In this document: positions 1-11,675 of the stretch, in pieces
Numbering within the stretch: the stretch's first letter is position 1
Layout of the letters: every line of letters begins with the position of its first letter
DNA from: a bacterium
GTDB lineage: Bacteria; Patescibacteriota; Minisyncoccia; Moranbacterales; UBA1568
DNA: 64,000 nt
Direction: 5' to 3'
NCBI GenBank assembly: GCA_021821305.1
Contig: JAKACP010000001.1
Span: forward strand, 468,349-532,348
The notes under the pieces: generated by a model
Seen by the model: the letters and a program-made list of their open reading frames with translations, nothing else
Told to the model about the DNA's origin: nothing
The model's database searches: none
Position numbers and translations under genes: made by a program

Positions 1-124
1 ACAGAAGCAGCCGGGTGTGAACGGCATGCCCGTCACGATTTCCATCGTCGCCGAGGACGGCACGAGGACGGAGAAGGATATCGTCCTCAACCGTGACTTC
101 GTCCTGAGCCGGGCGACAGAATAG
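1..124 (+). CDS. 3' end of a CDS entering the window (possibly DUF4012-type membrane protein C-terminus)
   Basis: Frame 2 is open (QKQPGVNG...SRATE*) to TAG at 122-124; the QKQPG motif is recalled from DUF4012-type C-termini. Confidence 0.4.
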   Translation, partial: QKQPGVNGMPVTISIVAEDGTRTEKDIVLNRDFVLSRATE

Positions 125-200
125 GGACGGAAGGATTCCGTGGCGGCGAAGCGGAAGCGGTATGCTTCCGTTTTTGCTTTTTTCGGGCTACAATAAAGAA

Positions 201-260
201 AAGCACAACTCTCAAAACACAAAGACCAAACAAAACACAAAACACAGAAACCAAGCTAGT
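201..260. repeat. A/C-rich repeat, CACAAA..CCAAACAAAACAC family, copy 1
   Basis: caaaacacaaagaccaaacaaaacac at 213-238, near-identical to 939-965 and 50696-50722. Confidence 0.75.
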
Positions 261-284
261 GCCTCTGTTCGTGTTTTTATACAT

Positions 285-986
285 ATGCGTTTCGACATCC
301 TCTCCCTGTTTCCCGAAAGTTTCGAATCCTACTTCGGTGCCTCCATGCTGAAGCGCGCGAGGGAGGACGGAAAAATCGATATCAGGCTCTGGAATCCGCG
401 CGACTTCACCCGCGACAAGCACCGCTCCGCTGACGACACGCCCTATGGCGGCGGGGCCGGGATGGTCATGAAGCCGGAGCCGATTTTCGAATGCGCGGAA
501 AGGGCGCTCTCGGAGGGTCCCTCCCGCGAGAAGACGCGGATCATCCTCTTTTCCGCGAAGGGGAAACCCTTCGTCCAGGAAGACGCGAGGCGGCTTTCGC
601 GGTATGAACGTCTCATCCTTATCTGCGGCCGATACGAGGGCGTGGACGAACGCGTGGCGGAGCACCTCGCCGACGAGGAGGTCTCGATCGGGGAGTACGT
701 GCTCACGGGAGGGGAATTGCCCGCGATGGTCGTGACCGACGCGGTGGCGCGGCTCGTGCCCGGTGTCCTCGGCAACGTCGAGAGCGCGGAGACGGAATCG
801 CACAGCGAGGAAGGCGTGCTCGAATATCCCCAGTACACGAAGCCCGAGGAATATCGGGGATGGCGCGTGCCGGACGTACTCCTCTCCGGGCATCACGCGG
901 AGATCGCCAAGTGGAGAAAAAGCAAATCACAAACCATCCAAAACACAAAAAGCCAAACAAAACACGAAACACAGGATCCAAACTGA
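285..986 (+). CDS. trmD: tRNA (guanine37-N1)-methyltransferase
   Basis: MRFDILSLFPE, DDTPYGGGAGMVMKPEP, ICGRYEGVDER, SIGEYVLTGGELPA, LEYPQYTKP motifs; start moved to ATG 285. Confidence 0.98.
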   Translation: MRFDILSLFPESFESYFGASMLKRAREDGKIDIRLWNPRDFTRDKHRSADDTPYGGGAGMVMKPEPIFECAERALSEGPSREKTRIILFSAKGKPFVQEDARRLSRYERLILICGRYEGVDERVAEHLADEEVSIGEYVLTGGELPAMVVTDAVARLVPGVLGNVESAETESHSEEGVLEYPQYTKPEEYRGWRVPDVLLSGHHAEIAKWRKSKSQTIQNTKSQTKHETQDPN

Positions 987-1056
987 CGCGCTTATTTTGT
1001 GTTTTGAAATTTTTGGAGTTTGTTTGGTCTTTTGTGCTCTGGGCTTTGTGTTTTTG
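918..1056. repeat. Imperfect inverted-repeat element (A/C-rich arm then T/G-rich arm), overlapping the trmD 3' end
   Basis: Left arm 939-965; right arm contains tttgtttggtcttttgtg, the reverse complement of the core motif. Confidence 0.8.
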
Positions 1057-1062
1057 AAAAAA

Positions 1063-2199
1063 ATGGTCAAAAAGAAAAAAACAGGTGCGATATCGGCTCC
1101 CTTCATCTCCGGCGATAAGCCGCTCCTGTTCACCGTGTTTCTCCTCCTCGGAATAGGACTGCTCATGGTGGCGAGCGCCGGGGTATCGTACGGCAATATC
1201 CGTTTCGACGACGGGTACTATTTTTTCAAGCGGCAGTTGATCGGCGTCGGCGTCGGACTCTTCGCGCTTTTCGTTTTCCAGCGGATCCCGTACGGATTCT
1301 GGAAAAAGATATCGATACCGTTTTTCCTCGGGTCCATCGTGCTCCTGGTGCTCGTGCTCATACCGAGTCTGGGTACGGAAGCCTACGGCGCCTCCCGGTG
1401 GCTCGATATCGGGCCGATATCCTTCCAGCCCTCGGAAGTCATGAAACTCGCGCTCGTCATCTATTTCGCCGCATGGCTCTCGAGCAAGAGCATGGCGAAA
1501 AAGACCGACTTCAGCGAGAGCGTCGTCCCGTTCTCGATCGTGCTCCTCGTCGTCGGTTTCCTCATCCTGAAACAGCCCGACACGGGGACCCTCGGGATCC
1601 TGTTCATCATCGCGCTTTCGCTCTTCTTCGCGTCCGGCGCCAAGCTCTCGCACATCGGGCTCCTGCTCGGTACGGGCTTCGCCGGTCTGCTCATCCTCAT
1701 CTGGCTCGCGCCGTACCGGATGCGCCGGATGCTCGTCTTCCTCGACCCGGAACATGATCCGAGCGGTGCCGGCTATCAGATCAAGCAGGCGCTCATCGCC
1801 GTCGGTTCCGGCGGCATACTCGGACTGGGGCTGGGGCACAGTCGGCAGAAATTCGCCTATCTTCCGGAGCCGATGACCGATTCCATCTTCGCGATCCTCG
1901 GGGAGGAACTCGGTATCGTCGGCGGAGCGTTCCTGATCGCCCTCTTTGTCTTCTTCGCGTATCGGGGATTTCATATCGCCCGGCGCGCGCCGGACGAGTT
2001 CGGCCGCTACCTCGCCATCGGTATCGTCTCGTGGATCGTATTCCAGGCGTTCGTGAATATCTTCGCCATCACCGGCATGATCCCGCTCACCGGCGTCCCG
2101 CTTCCGTTCATAAGCTACGGAGGCACGTCGATCGCGGTGCTCCTCGGAGCGGTCGGCATATTGCTCAACGTCTCCAAACATTCTAGAATGGTGAAATGA
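1063..2199 (+). CDS. ftsW: SEDS family peptidoglycan polymerase FtsW
   Basis: GASRWLDIGPISFQPSE, KQPDTGT, GYQIKQALIAVGSGG, PLTGVPLPFISYGGTS; upstream of murG. Confidence 0.95.
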   Translation: MVKKKKTGAISAPFISGDKPLLFTVFLLLGIGLLMVASAGVSYGNIRFDDGYYFFKRQLIGVGVGLFALFVFQRIPYGFWKKISIPFFLGSIVLLVLVLIPSLGTEAYGASRWLDIGPISFQPSEVMKLALVIYFAAWLSSKSMAKKTDFSESVVPFSIVLLVVGFLILKQPDTGTLGILFIIALSLFFASGAKLSHIGLLLGTGFAGLLILIWLAPYRMRRMLVFLDPEHDPSGAGYQIKQALIAVGSGGILGLGLGHSRQKFAYLPEPMTDSIFAILGEELGIVGGAFLIALFVFFAYRGFHIARRAPDEFGRYLAIGIVSWIVFQAFVNIFAITGMIPLTGVPLPFISYGGTSIAVLLGAVGILLNVSKHSRMVK

Positions 2200-2229
2200 G
2201 CCGCGACATTCACGAGTTTCCGAAAAGCT

Positions 2230-3348
2230 ATGAGCAATGAGATCCGGGTCGTACTGACGGGAGGATTGTCGGGCGGGCACACGTTTCCGCTCATCGCGGT
2301 CGCCCGGGCGATCCGCGCGCGCGCCGGCGCGCCGGCGGATTTTCTCTATATCGGGTCGCGCGGACAGTTCGAGGAAAACGCGATGACCGCCGAGGGCATA
2401 CCGGTGCGATACGTGCTTTCCGGGAAGATGCGCCGGTATTTCTCGCTTCAGAACTTCGTCGACCCGTTCAAGGTCCCGATCGGGTTCCTGCAGTCGCTCT
2501 GGCATCTCTTCCGGTACATGCCCGACGCCGTGTTCGCCAAGGGCGGATCCGTCTCGATACCCGTGTGTCTCGCCGCATGGGTGTTCCGCATACCGATCGT
2601 CATCCATGATTCCGATGCGGTGGCCGGTCGGGCCAATAAACTGCTCGCGCGGTTCGCGTCGCGCATCGCGATCGCCTATCCGTCGGCGCAGGAATTTTTC
2701 CCCGCGCGGAAGACGGCGCTCACCGGCAACCCCGTCCGTGCGGAGATCCTTTCCGGGGACCCGGCTACGGCCGACGCCCGGTTCGGATTCGCTTCGGATC
2801 GACCGGTCGTACTCGTGCTCGGGGGGAGTCTCGGCGCGCAGTCGCTCAACAAGGCGGTCGTCCGCATGTTGCCGCAGCTCCTCCGCGAAGCGCAGGTACT
2901 GCATCAGACCGGAAACGCCAACTACCAGGAGACGGTGGCGCTCGCCGGGGAAATGGGGGTCAAGGCCGGATACGAGGGATATATCCCGGTCCCGTTCCTC
3001 GGTCCCGCGGATCTCGCGCTCGCGCTCGCGCGGGCGGATCTGGTCATTTCCCGCGCCGGAGCCGGATCGATCGCGGAGATCGCGGCCTGCGGCAAACCGG
3101 CGATACTCGTGCCGCTTCCGACGGCGGCCAACGACGAACAGCGCAAGAACGCCTATGATGTGGCGCACGGCGGCGGCGCGCTCGTACTCGAAGAGGCCAA
3201 TCTCGGCGAGCACATCTTCTTTTCGAAGACGGATGAGCTCCTGAAGAATCCCGAGCTCCGATCGACGATGGGACGGAATATCCGCTCGTTCTACAATCCC
3301 GACGCGGCGGACATGATCGCCGAAGGGGTCTTGTCGCTCACCCGCTAG
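2230..3348 (+). CDS. murG: Lipid I N-acetylglucosaminyltransferase MurG
   Basis: TGGLSGGHTFP, TGNPVR, GGSLGA, SRAGAGSIAE, QRKNA motifs. Confidence 0.97.
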   Translation: MSNEIRVVLTGGLSGGHTFPLIAVARAIRARAGAPADFLYIGSRGQFEENAMTAEGIPVRYVLSGKMRRYFSLQNFVDPFKVPIGFLQSLWHLFRYMPDAVFAKGGSVSIPVCLAAWVFRIPIVIHDSDAVAGRANKLLARFASRIAIAYPSAQEFFPARKTALTGNPVRAEILSGDPATADARFGFASDRPVVLVLGGSLGAQSLNKAVVRMLPQLLREAQVLHQTGNANYQETVALAGEMGVKAGYEGYIPVPFLGPADLALALARADLVISRAGAGSIAEIAACGKPAILVPLPTAANDEQRKNAYDVAHGGGALVLEEANLGEHIFFSKTDELLKNPELRSTMGRNIRSFYNPDAADMIAEGVLSLTR

Positions 3349-3358
3349 GTACGCTTCT

Positions 3359-4798
3359 ATGACGCACGAACCGCGCATGACATCATTGGCCGGAAAAAAG
3401 ATCCACTTCATCGGCGTGAAAGGTGCCGGCATGGCCGCTTTGGCGGAGCTCTTCGCCGGGAGCGGTGCCGTCGTGTCCGGCTCCGATACCGATGAATCGT
3501 TTTTCACCGACAAGGTGCTGAAGGCTATCGGTCTCGTTCCCTCGGTCGGCTTCTCGCCGGAGCATATCCCGGGCGATGCCGATCTCGTGGTCTATTCGAC
3601 CGCCTATGAGCGGGAGACCAACGCCGAGCTCGAATCCGCGTTCTCGAGAAAGCTCCCCGTACTCTCCTATCCGGAAGCGGTCGGGGAGTTCACGAAGGAG
3701 CGGATGAGCCTGCTCGTGTCCGGGACGCACGGCAAGACCACAACGTCCGCCCTCCTTGCCGAGACGCTCCGCGTGGCGGGGCTCGACCCTTCCGCGATCA
3801 TCGGCAGCCGTGTCCGGAGCTGGGAAGGGAATGCGCTTGCCGGTTCCGGCGAGTACTTCGTCCTCGAAGCGGACGAGTATCAGAACAAGCTCCGATACTA
3901 TCAGCCGTTCGCGGTGATCCTCACGAGCGTCGACTGGGATCATCCGGACTTTTTCCCCGATGTGGAGAGCTACAAGAACACGTTCAAGGAGTTCGTCCGG
4001 CGCATTCCGCGACACGGCGTCCTCGTCTATTGCAACGACTCGGCCGCGGTGGCGGAGATAGCCGCGGAAGCGACCTGCGAGAAACGAAGCTACGGTTTCC
4101 ACGAAGATTCCGATTTCCTCGTGAGGGGATATGAGCCGAAGACGCTCGAGGGAGCGGATCCGGAGGGCGAGAAGCAACGGTTCGAAGTCGTGTCCGGCCA
4201 GGGTTCGCTCGGGAGTTTCTCGATCCGTCTCGCGGGACGGCATAACACGCAGAACGCGGCGGCCGTCGTCGCGCTCGCCTCGTTCCTCAGGATCGACATG
4301 GACCGGGTCCGGGAAGGACTGGCTTCGTTTCCCGGAACGGAACGGCGATTCGAATACGTCGGGGAGCGGCATGGCGCGCTCGTGTATGACGATTACGCGC
4401 ATCATCCGGAGGAGCTCATGGCGACGATCGGAGCGTTCCGCGATCTCTATCCGACCAGACGGCTCACGGCGGTCTTTCACCCCCATACGTTCAGCCGAAC
4501 GGAGGCTCTTCTCCCTGAGTTTTCCCAGAGTTTCGACCGTGCCGACCGCGTACTGGTGCTCGATGTCTACGGGAGCGCGCGCGAACACGGGGGCGGTGTC
4601 TCGTCCGAGGACCTCGTCCGGGAGATCAACCGCTACGCACCGGGAAAGGCCGAATATGTCGGAACCGTCGATGCCGCGGTCGCGGATCTGTCGGAAACGA
4701 TCGGGGCGAACGACCTTGTCGTGACCTTCGGTGCGGGCAATGTCTGGGAAGTGGCAAGGAAATTTGTCGAGTCCGAAAATCCTTCACCTAAAAGCTAA
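3359..4798 (+). CDS. murC: UDP-N-acetylmuramate--L-alanine ligase
   Basis: IHFIGVKGAGM, GTHGKTTT, EADEY, DDYAHHP, FHPHTFSRT. Confidence 0.96.
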   Translation: MTHEPRMTSLAGKKIHFIGVKGAGMAALAELFAGSGAVVSGSDTDESFFTDKVLKAIGLVPSVGFSPEHIPGDADLVVYSTAYERETNAELESAFSRKLPVLSYPEAVGEFTKERMSLLVSGTHGKTTTSALLAETLRVAGLDPSAIIGSRVRSWEGNALAGSGEYFVLEADEYQNKLRYYQPFAVILTSVDWDHPDFFPDVESYKNTFKEFVRRIPRHGVLVYCNDSAAVAEIAAEATCEKRSYGFHEDSDFLVRGYEPKTLEGADPEGEKQRFEVVSGQGSLGSFSIRLAGRHNTQNAAAVVALASFLRIDMDRVREGLASFPGTERRFEYVGERHGALVYDDYAHHPEELMATIGAFRDLYPTRRLTAVFHPHTFSRTEALLPEFSQSFDRADRVLVLDVYGSAREHGGGVSSEDLVREINRYAPGKAEYVGTVDAAVADLSETIGANDLVVTFGAGNVWEVARKFVESENPSPKS

Positions 4799-4817
4799 AA
4801 CCTATCATCTTCCACTT

Positions 4818-5759
4818 ATGACTTTCAGGAGTCACGTGCCCCTCGCGCAGTATACGACGTTCCGGATCGGCGGCAAGGCGTCCTTGTTCGCCGAGGCGGC
4901 CAATGCGATCGATCTCGCGGAGTGCTATGAGCGGGCCGCCCAGGATAATCTGCCGGTATTCGTATTCTCCGGCGGAAGCAACGTCCTGTTCTCCGACAAC
5001 GGATTTCCGGGTCTCGTCGTCCGTCTCATCGATGGCGGGATGCACGTCGGGGACAACGGTCGGATCTCCGCCGGGGCGGGACGGTCGCTCGCCGAGCTGG
5101 TGTCTTCCGCCGGTGAGGCCGGCCTTTCCGGTCTGGAAAATCTCGCGGGCATCCCCGGGTCGGTCGGCGGGGCGGTGCGCGGCAATGCCGGAGCGTTCGG
5201 TACGGAAATCGGGGACAGGGTCCTCTCCGTCAAGGCGTTCCATATCGAATCGGGCATGGTCAAGGAATATACCCGGGCCGAATGCGGATTCGAGTACCGG
5301 GACAGTTTTTTCAAGCAACATCCGAAATATATCGTCTTGTCCGCGGAATTCCGGCTGACGCCGTCCGCCGATCCGGAGCGGCTCTTCGAGAAGGCTCAGG
5401 AGATTCGTGATCTGCGCGAGGAAAAACATCCGCAGGACGTATTTTCGGCCGGCTCCTTCTTCATGAATCCGATCGTCCGTGACGAGAAGCTCCGGGACGA
5501 ATTCCGCAAGGACAGCGGCAAGGAGCCGAAGGACGACAAACTCCCGGCCGGATGGCTCATCGACCAGGTCGGTCTGCGCGGCAAGACCATCGGACACGCG
5601 AAAGTGAGCGAAGCGCACCCGAATTACCTCATCAATACCGGCGGCGCGACCGCCGAGGACGTGCTGACGCTCGCGAGCATCGTCAAACAAAAGGTTCGTG
5701 ACGAGGTCGGAGTGATGCTCACGCAGGAGGTGCAGTTGGTCGGGTTCGGGAAGGCATGA
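4818..5759 (+). CDS. murB: UDP-N-acetylenolpyruvoylglucosamine reductase
   Basis: TTFRIGG, GGSNVL, GIPGSVGGAVRGNAGAFG, YRDSFF, SAGSFFMNP, HPNYLIN. Confidence 0.96.
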   Translation: MTFRSHVPLAQYTTFRIGGKASLFAEAANAIDLAECYERAAQDNLPVFVFSGGSNVLFSDNGFPGLVVRLIDGGMHVGDNGRISAGAGRSLAELVSSAGEAGLSGLENLAGIPGSVGGAVRGNAGAFGTEIGDRVLSVKAFHIESGMVKEYTRAECGFEYRDSFFKQHPKYIVLSAEFRLTPSADPERLFEKAQEIRDLREEKHPQDVFSAGSFFMNPIVRDEKLRDEFRKDSGKEPKDDKLPAGWLIDQVGLRGKTIGHAKVSEAHPNYLINTGGATAEDVLTLASIVKQKVRDEVGVMLTQEVQLVGFGKA

Positions 5760-5851
5760 CGCATATCGGGATTTTTGGACTTTTGAAGAGGAAAGAATGG
5801 GTGTGGTATGCTTGTAGTAATGAATGAGGGATAATGTTTAAGATAACTGTT

Positions 5852-6202
5852 ATGAAAACCCGGTTTCTGTTCAAGGACGTGGAGGTGGATGAGAAGACGA
5901 AGGATTATATTCTGAAGCGATTGGAGGAAATAAGCGATTTGTTCCATGAATTGACCCTGTTCGATACGGAGGTAAGCAGGGACAAAAGAGGGTTTTTCTA
6001 CGTCGAGGTGAATGTCCGGGAGCCTCACAAACTGCATCGCGCCAAGGAGACGTCCAAAAGCATTGAGGGATCCATCGATATGGTCATCGCCAAACTCCGC
6101 GTGCATATCGTCAAGGAGAAGGACCGGCGGCGTGAACTGCGCGAACGCGGAGCCCGTTCCATCAAGAAGGGCGTCGTCGTCGACGAATCGGCGAGATTCT
6201 GA
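5852..6202 (+). CDS. hpf: Ribosome hibernation promoting factor (short HPF/RaiA family)
   Basis: About 116 aa with S30AE-like pattern (DYILKRLEEI...VEVNV...SIDMVIAKL); upstream of secA as is typical. Confidence 0.8.
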   Translation: MKTRFLFKDVEVDEKTKDYILKRLEEISDLFHELTLFDTEVSRDKRGFFYVEVNVREPHKLHRAKETSKSIEGSIDMVIAKLRVHIVKEKDRRRELRERGARSIKKGVVVDESARF

Positions 6203-6244
6203 TATGATGGAAATGTCGGAGAATAAACATAAACATATCGCGCT

Positions 6245-6340
6245 ATGAAACCTCAGGATAGGAAGAATGAGACGGTATTGCTTCTGTTCGTCATCGGCGG
6301 ACTCACCGCTTCCGCGCTCATCTTCGTGATCGGATTGTAG
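6245..6340 (+). CDS. Small 31-aa single-TM protein (not in ORF track)
   Basis: ATG 6245 MKPQDRKNETVLLLFVIGGLTASALIFVIGL*; followed by a terminator hairpin. Confidence 0.45.
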   Translation: MKPQDRKNETVLLLFVIGGLTASALIFVIGL

Positions 6341-6364
6341 CGGCACATCGCGCCGATCGTACCG

Positions 6365-6392
6365 GACCCCCTCTTTTGACGGGGGTCTTTTT
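6365..6392 (+). terminator. Intrinsic terminator
   Basis: gaccccct...gggggtc followed by ttttt. Confidence 0.65.
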
Positions 6393-6524
6393 GTTTGGTA
6401 CACTGAAACGGCTTTATCAAGGGGAAAAGCAACAAGCAACTCACAGTCAACAAAAAGAGGGAACTGATTTTTCTGTCCCTTGTTCTCTGTTAATTGTTCT
6501 CTGTTTTTCTGTTAACTGACCTTT

Positions 6525-9167
<2,643 letters not shown>

Positions 9168-9292
9168 AGAAAAAACCGCCGGAACGACATGAAATGGGTA
9201 TCTGATCCATTTCACTCCGACGGTGGCACTCTGGCCACCCTGATACTAGCAACTTCCCGCGACAGTGACAATATTTACGGAATACGGACGCT

Positions 9293-9766
9293 ATGCGCAT
9301 CCTCGAGGCGAAAATCGGCGAGAAATGGATGGCTGCGGCGGCAGATGTCGCGAAGAAGGCGACTTGCGAGCGTTCGAAATGTGGATCGGTGATCGTCCGA
9401 GATGGGCGGATCATCGGCGAGGGATCCAACTCTCCGGCGGGGAATCTCGAGAGCGAGCGGCGATGCGGCGCCGACAAGTCCTCGTACGATACGAAGGTGA
9501 CGGACAAGACCTGCTGCGTGCATGCCGAGGAGCGGGCGATCATGGATGCGCTCCGGCGTCACCCGGACGAGGTTTCCGGATCGATGCTCTATTTCGTCCG
9601 GCTGGATGCGGACGGAAATCCGAAACATTCGGGGAAACCCTACTGCACCATCTGCAGCAAACTCGCCCTCGATGCCGGTATCGCGGAATTCATCCTCTGG
9701 CACGAGGAAGGCATCACCGCCTACCCGACGGATGAGTACAACCGTCTGTCGTATCTCTATCAATAA
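9293..9766 (+). CDS. Cytidine/dCMP deaminase family zinc protein
   Basis: CERSKCGSVIV, HAEE and PYCTIC zinc motifs. Confidence 0.85.
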   Translation: MRILEAKIGEKWMAAAADVAKKATCERSKCGSVIVRDGRIIGEGSNSPAGNLESERRCGADKSSYDTKVTDKTCCVHAEERAIMDALRRHPDEVSGSMLYFVRLDADGNPKHSGKPYCTICSKLALDAGIAEFILWHEEGITAYPTDEYNRLSYLYQ

Positions 9767-9923
9767 AAAAGAAAAGCCCCCGGACTCGTCAACTCTGCCG
9801 GGACGTTGCCGCGGCGAGATGGGCGCATGAGTTCGGGGGGCGCGAGGAAGGGGATCGGGGAGTGGGGGAAATGATGTCATGGGTTCGTCGTGAACCCTGC
9901 TGCCCCGAATGCCCTATCCTCGC
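9765..9923 (-). ncRNA. Candidate structured small RNA (about 160 nt), family unknown
   Basis: Minus-strand TTGTGT-N17-TATACT promoter, two long stems, terminal U-run. Confidence 0.5.
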
Positions 9924-10035
9924 ACGATCAGTATACAAGGGGATGTCCCATGACACAACCGCACGGTTGACGGATGTTCCTTCCGGATGTATTTTCGAGA
10001 TAAGTTCCAGTTTTTTTACAGGAAGGAGAAGGAAA

Positions 10036-10509
10036 ATGGCAAAGTTTCTGGATGGATGGAGGGTTCAGCCATGGGTGCCGCGGAGTGTCGCCTTCGTTCT
10101 CGGTACGCAGGGATATCATTACGCTATCCGCCAGGGGAGCATCGAGGATCTGGCGGCCGCGATCTTCTTCATACGCGAGGCCGAAAAACGCGGAGTGCGT
10201 ATCCGGAAAGATTTTCCCGGAGAGGCGCTCATCGTCCGCGAGATGATGGAGAGCGGGTACTACGGTCTCAAGCGGAGCGACTATACGGATCAGATCACGC
10301 TCTGGATGTCGCTTGCGGACGGGAAACGCCTGGTCGTGGAAGACCTGAGGCAGGCGATCGTGTTCGGTGCGGATCCCGATCTGACATTTTGGCCACAACT
10401 CGAGGAATCGATGACGGGAACGGCTTGCGAGATATTCGTCGGCGGGAAATCCTATCCCTTTTCGATAGCCAACCTCTGCTTTTTCCTGGAGCAGGCCAAA
10501 GCCGCATGA
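10036..10509 (+). CDS. Hypothetical protein
   Basis: Strong SD (GGAAGGAG) before ATG 10036; no recognised motif. Confidence 0.7.
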   Translation: MAKFLDGWRVQPWVPRSVAFVLGTQGYHYAIRQGSIEDLAAAIFFIREAEKRGVRIRKDFPGEALIVREMMESGYYGLKRSDYTDQITLWMSLADGKRLVVEDLRQAIVFGADPDLTFWPQLEESMTGTACEIFVGGKSYPFSIANLCFFLEQAKAA

Positions 10510-10568
10510 ACCTATGCGGCTTTTTTTCGCGCTTCACAAAGTCCGCGCCATCCGCTATGGTTCCGTAT

Positions 10569-11618
10569 ATGCGATACGAAGATCTGGAAAGATATGACTA
10601 TGTCCTCCCGCCGGAACTCATCCGGAAGGAGGGAATCGAACCGCGCGACTCGGCGAGGCTCTTCGTCTACGATACCCGGACGGACGAGCTCCGCCACGGC
10701 TTCTTTTACGAGCTTGCGGCGTATCTCCCGGAGAAATCCCTCATGATCCTCAATGAGACGCGCGTCGTCCCGGCGAGACTCTGGCTTCGCAAGGAGACCG
10801 GCGGCAGGATCGAGGCCTTCGTGCTCGCGAACGAGTGGGATGGCGCAGGCGAGATCCCGCTCCTTGTCGATCGCAAGTGCATGCCGGGGATGCGGCTCTC
10901 CTTCCCGAACGGGAGTTTCCTCGAAATCGTCCGTCAGGAGGAGAGCCGGTTCTTCGCGCGGCTCGAAAGCGGGAAACCGCTCGAGATACTCCTCGACACG
11001 TTCGGCGAGACACCGATCCCGCACTACCTCGAAGGAGCGGAGAAAGGAGACGAGCAGGAGCTTCGGAGACGGTATCAGACCGTATTCGCGAAGACGGGCG
11101 CTTCGGTCGCCGCACCGACCGCATCGCTCCACTTCACCGATCGCGTGTTCGAATCACTCGATCGCAAGGGTATCGATATCGCGAAGGTGACGCTCGACGT
11201 CGGACAGGGGACGTTCGCGCCGCTCCGTGAGGAGAATTTCCGGACGAAGACGCTCCATCGGGAGCGTATCGACGTATCCCCCGAGACCGCTCGCCGCCTC
11301 GATACCGCAAAGCAGGACGGAAGGCCGATCGTCGCCGTCGGCACCACCGCACTCCGTACGCTCGAGTCGGTGTCGGGGGACGACGGATTCCGGGCGCATT
11401 CCGGACCGACCGATATCTTCATCTTCCCGCCGCACGTGTTCCGCTCGGCCGATATCCTCCTCACCAACTTTCATCTGCCGAAGACCTCGCTCATGCTCCT
11501 CGTGGATGCTTTCCTCGAACACAAGGGGTCGAAACGACGCATCCTCGATCTCTACGGGGAAGCGATCCGCGAGAAGTACGCGTTCTACTCCTTCGGCGAT
11601 TCGATGCTCATCCTTTGA
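10569..11618 (+). CDS. queA: S-adenosylmethionine:tRNA ribosyltransferase-isomerase
   Basis: YDYVLPPELI, NETRVVPARL, YQTVFA..ASVAAPTASLHF, VGTTALRTLES, TNFHLPKTSL, YAFYSFGDSMLIL. Confidence 0.96.
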   Translation: MRYEDLERYDYVLPPELIRKEGIEPRDSARLFVYDTRTDELRHGFFYELAAYLPEKSLMILNETRVVPARLWLRKETGGRIEAFVLANEWDGAGEIPLLVDRKCMPGMRLSFPNGSFLEIVRQEESRFFARLESGKPLEILLDTFGETPIPHYLEGAEKGDEQELRRRYQTVFAKTGASVAAPTASLHFTDRVFESLDRKGIDIAKVTLDVGQGTFAPLREENFRTKTLHRERIDVSPETARRLDTAKQDGRPIVAVGTTALRTLESVSGDDGFRAHSGPTDIFIFPPHVFRSADILLTNFHLPKTSLMLLVDAFLEHKGSKRRILDLYGEAIREKYAFYSFGDSMLIL

Positions 11619-11675
11619 AATTTTGCGCGGATGAAATAAAGACAGTATACTGGAAACGTTTCCGAAATCCGTATC

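Noticed and set aside
703-3513. 936-aa minus-strand ORF and other long antisense ORFs (6447-8513, 11700-13817, 30694-32406, 41565-43763, 44791-47010, 58220-59764)
   Set aside because: Shadow frames of clearly identified genes; high-GC codon bias suppresses antisense stops, and no motifs are present.
9223-9249. GTGGCACTC half-CIRCE downstream of secA
   Set aside because: The right arm (TGATACTAG) does not match GAGTGCTAA, and no chaperone gene follows.
9987-10568. Long N-terminal extensions in the ORF track (queA, also trmD, ftsW, GT2, capA, corA, scpA)
   Set aside because: Artefacts of calling the most upstream start; family homology begins at the internal starts used here.
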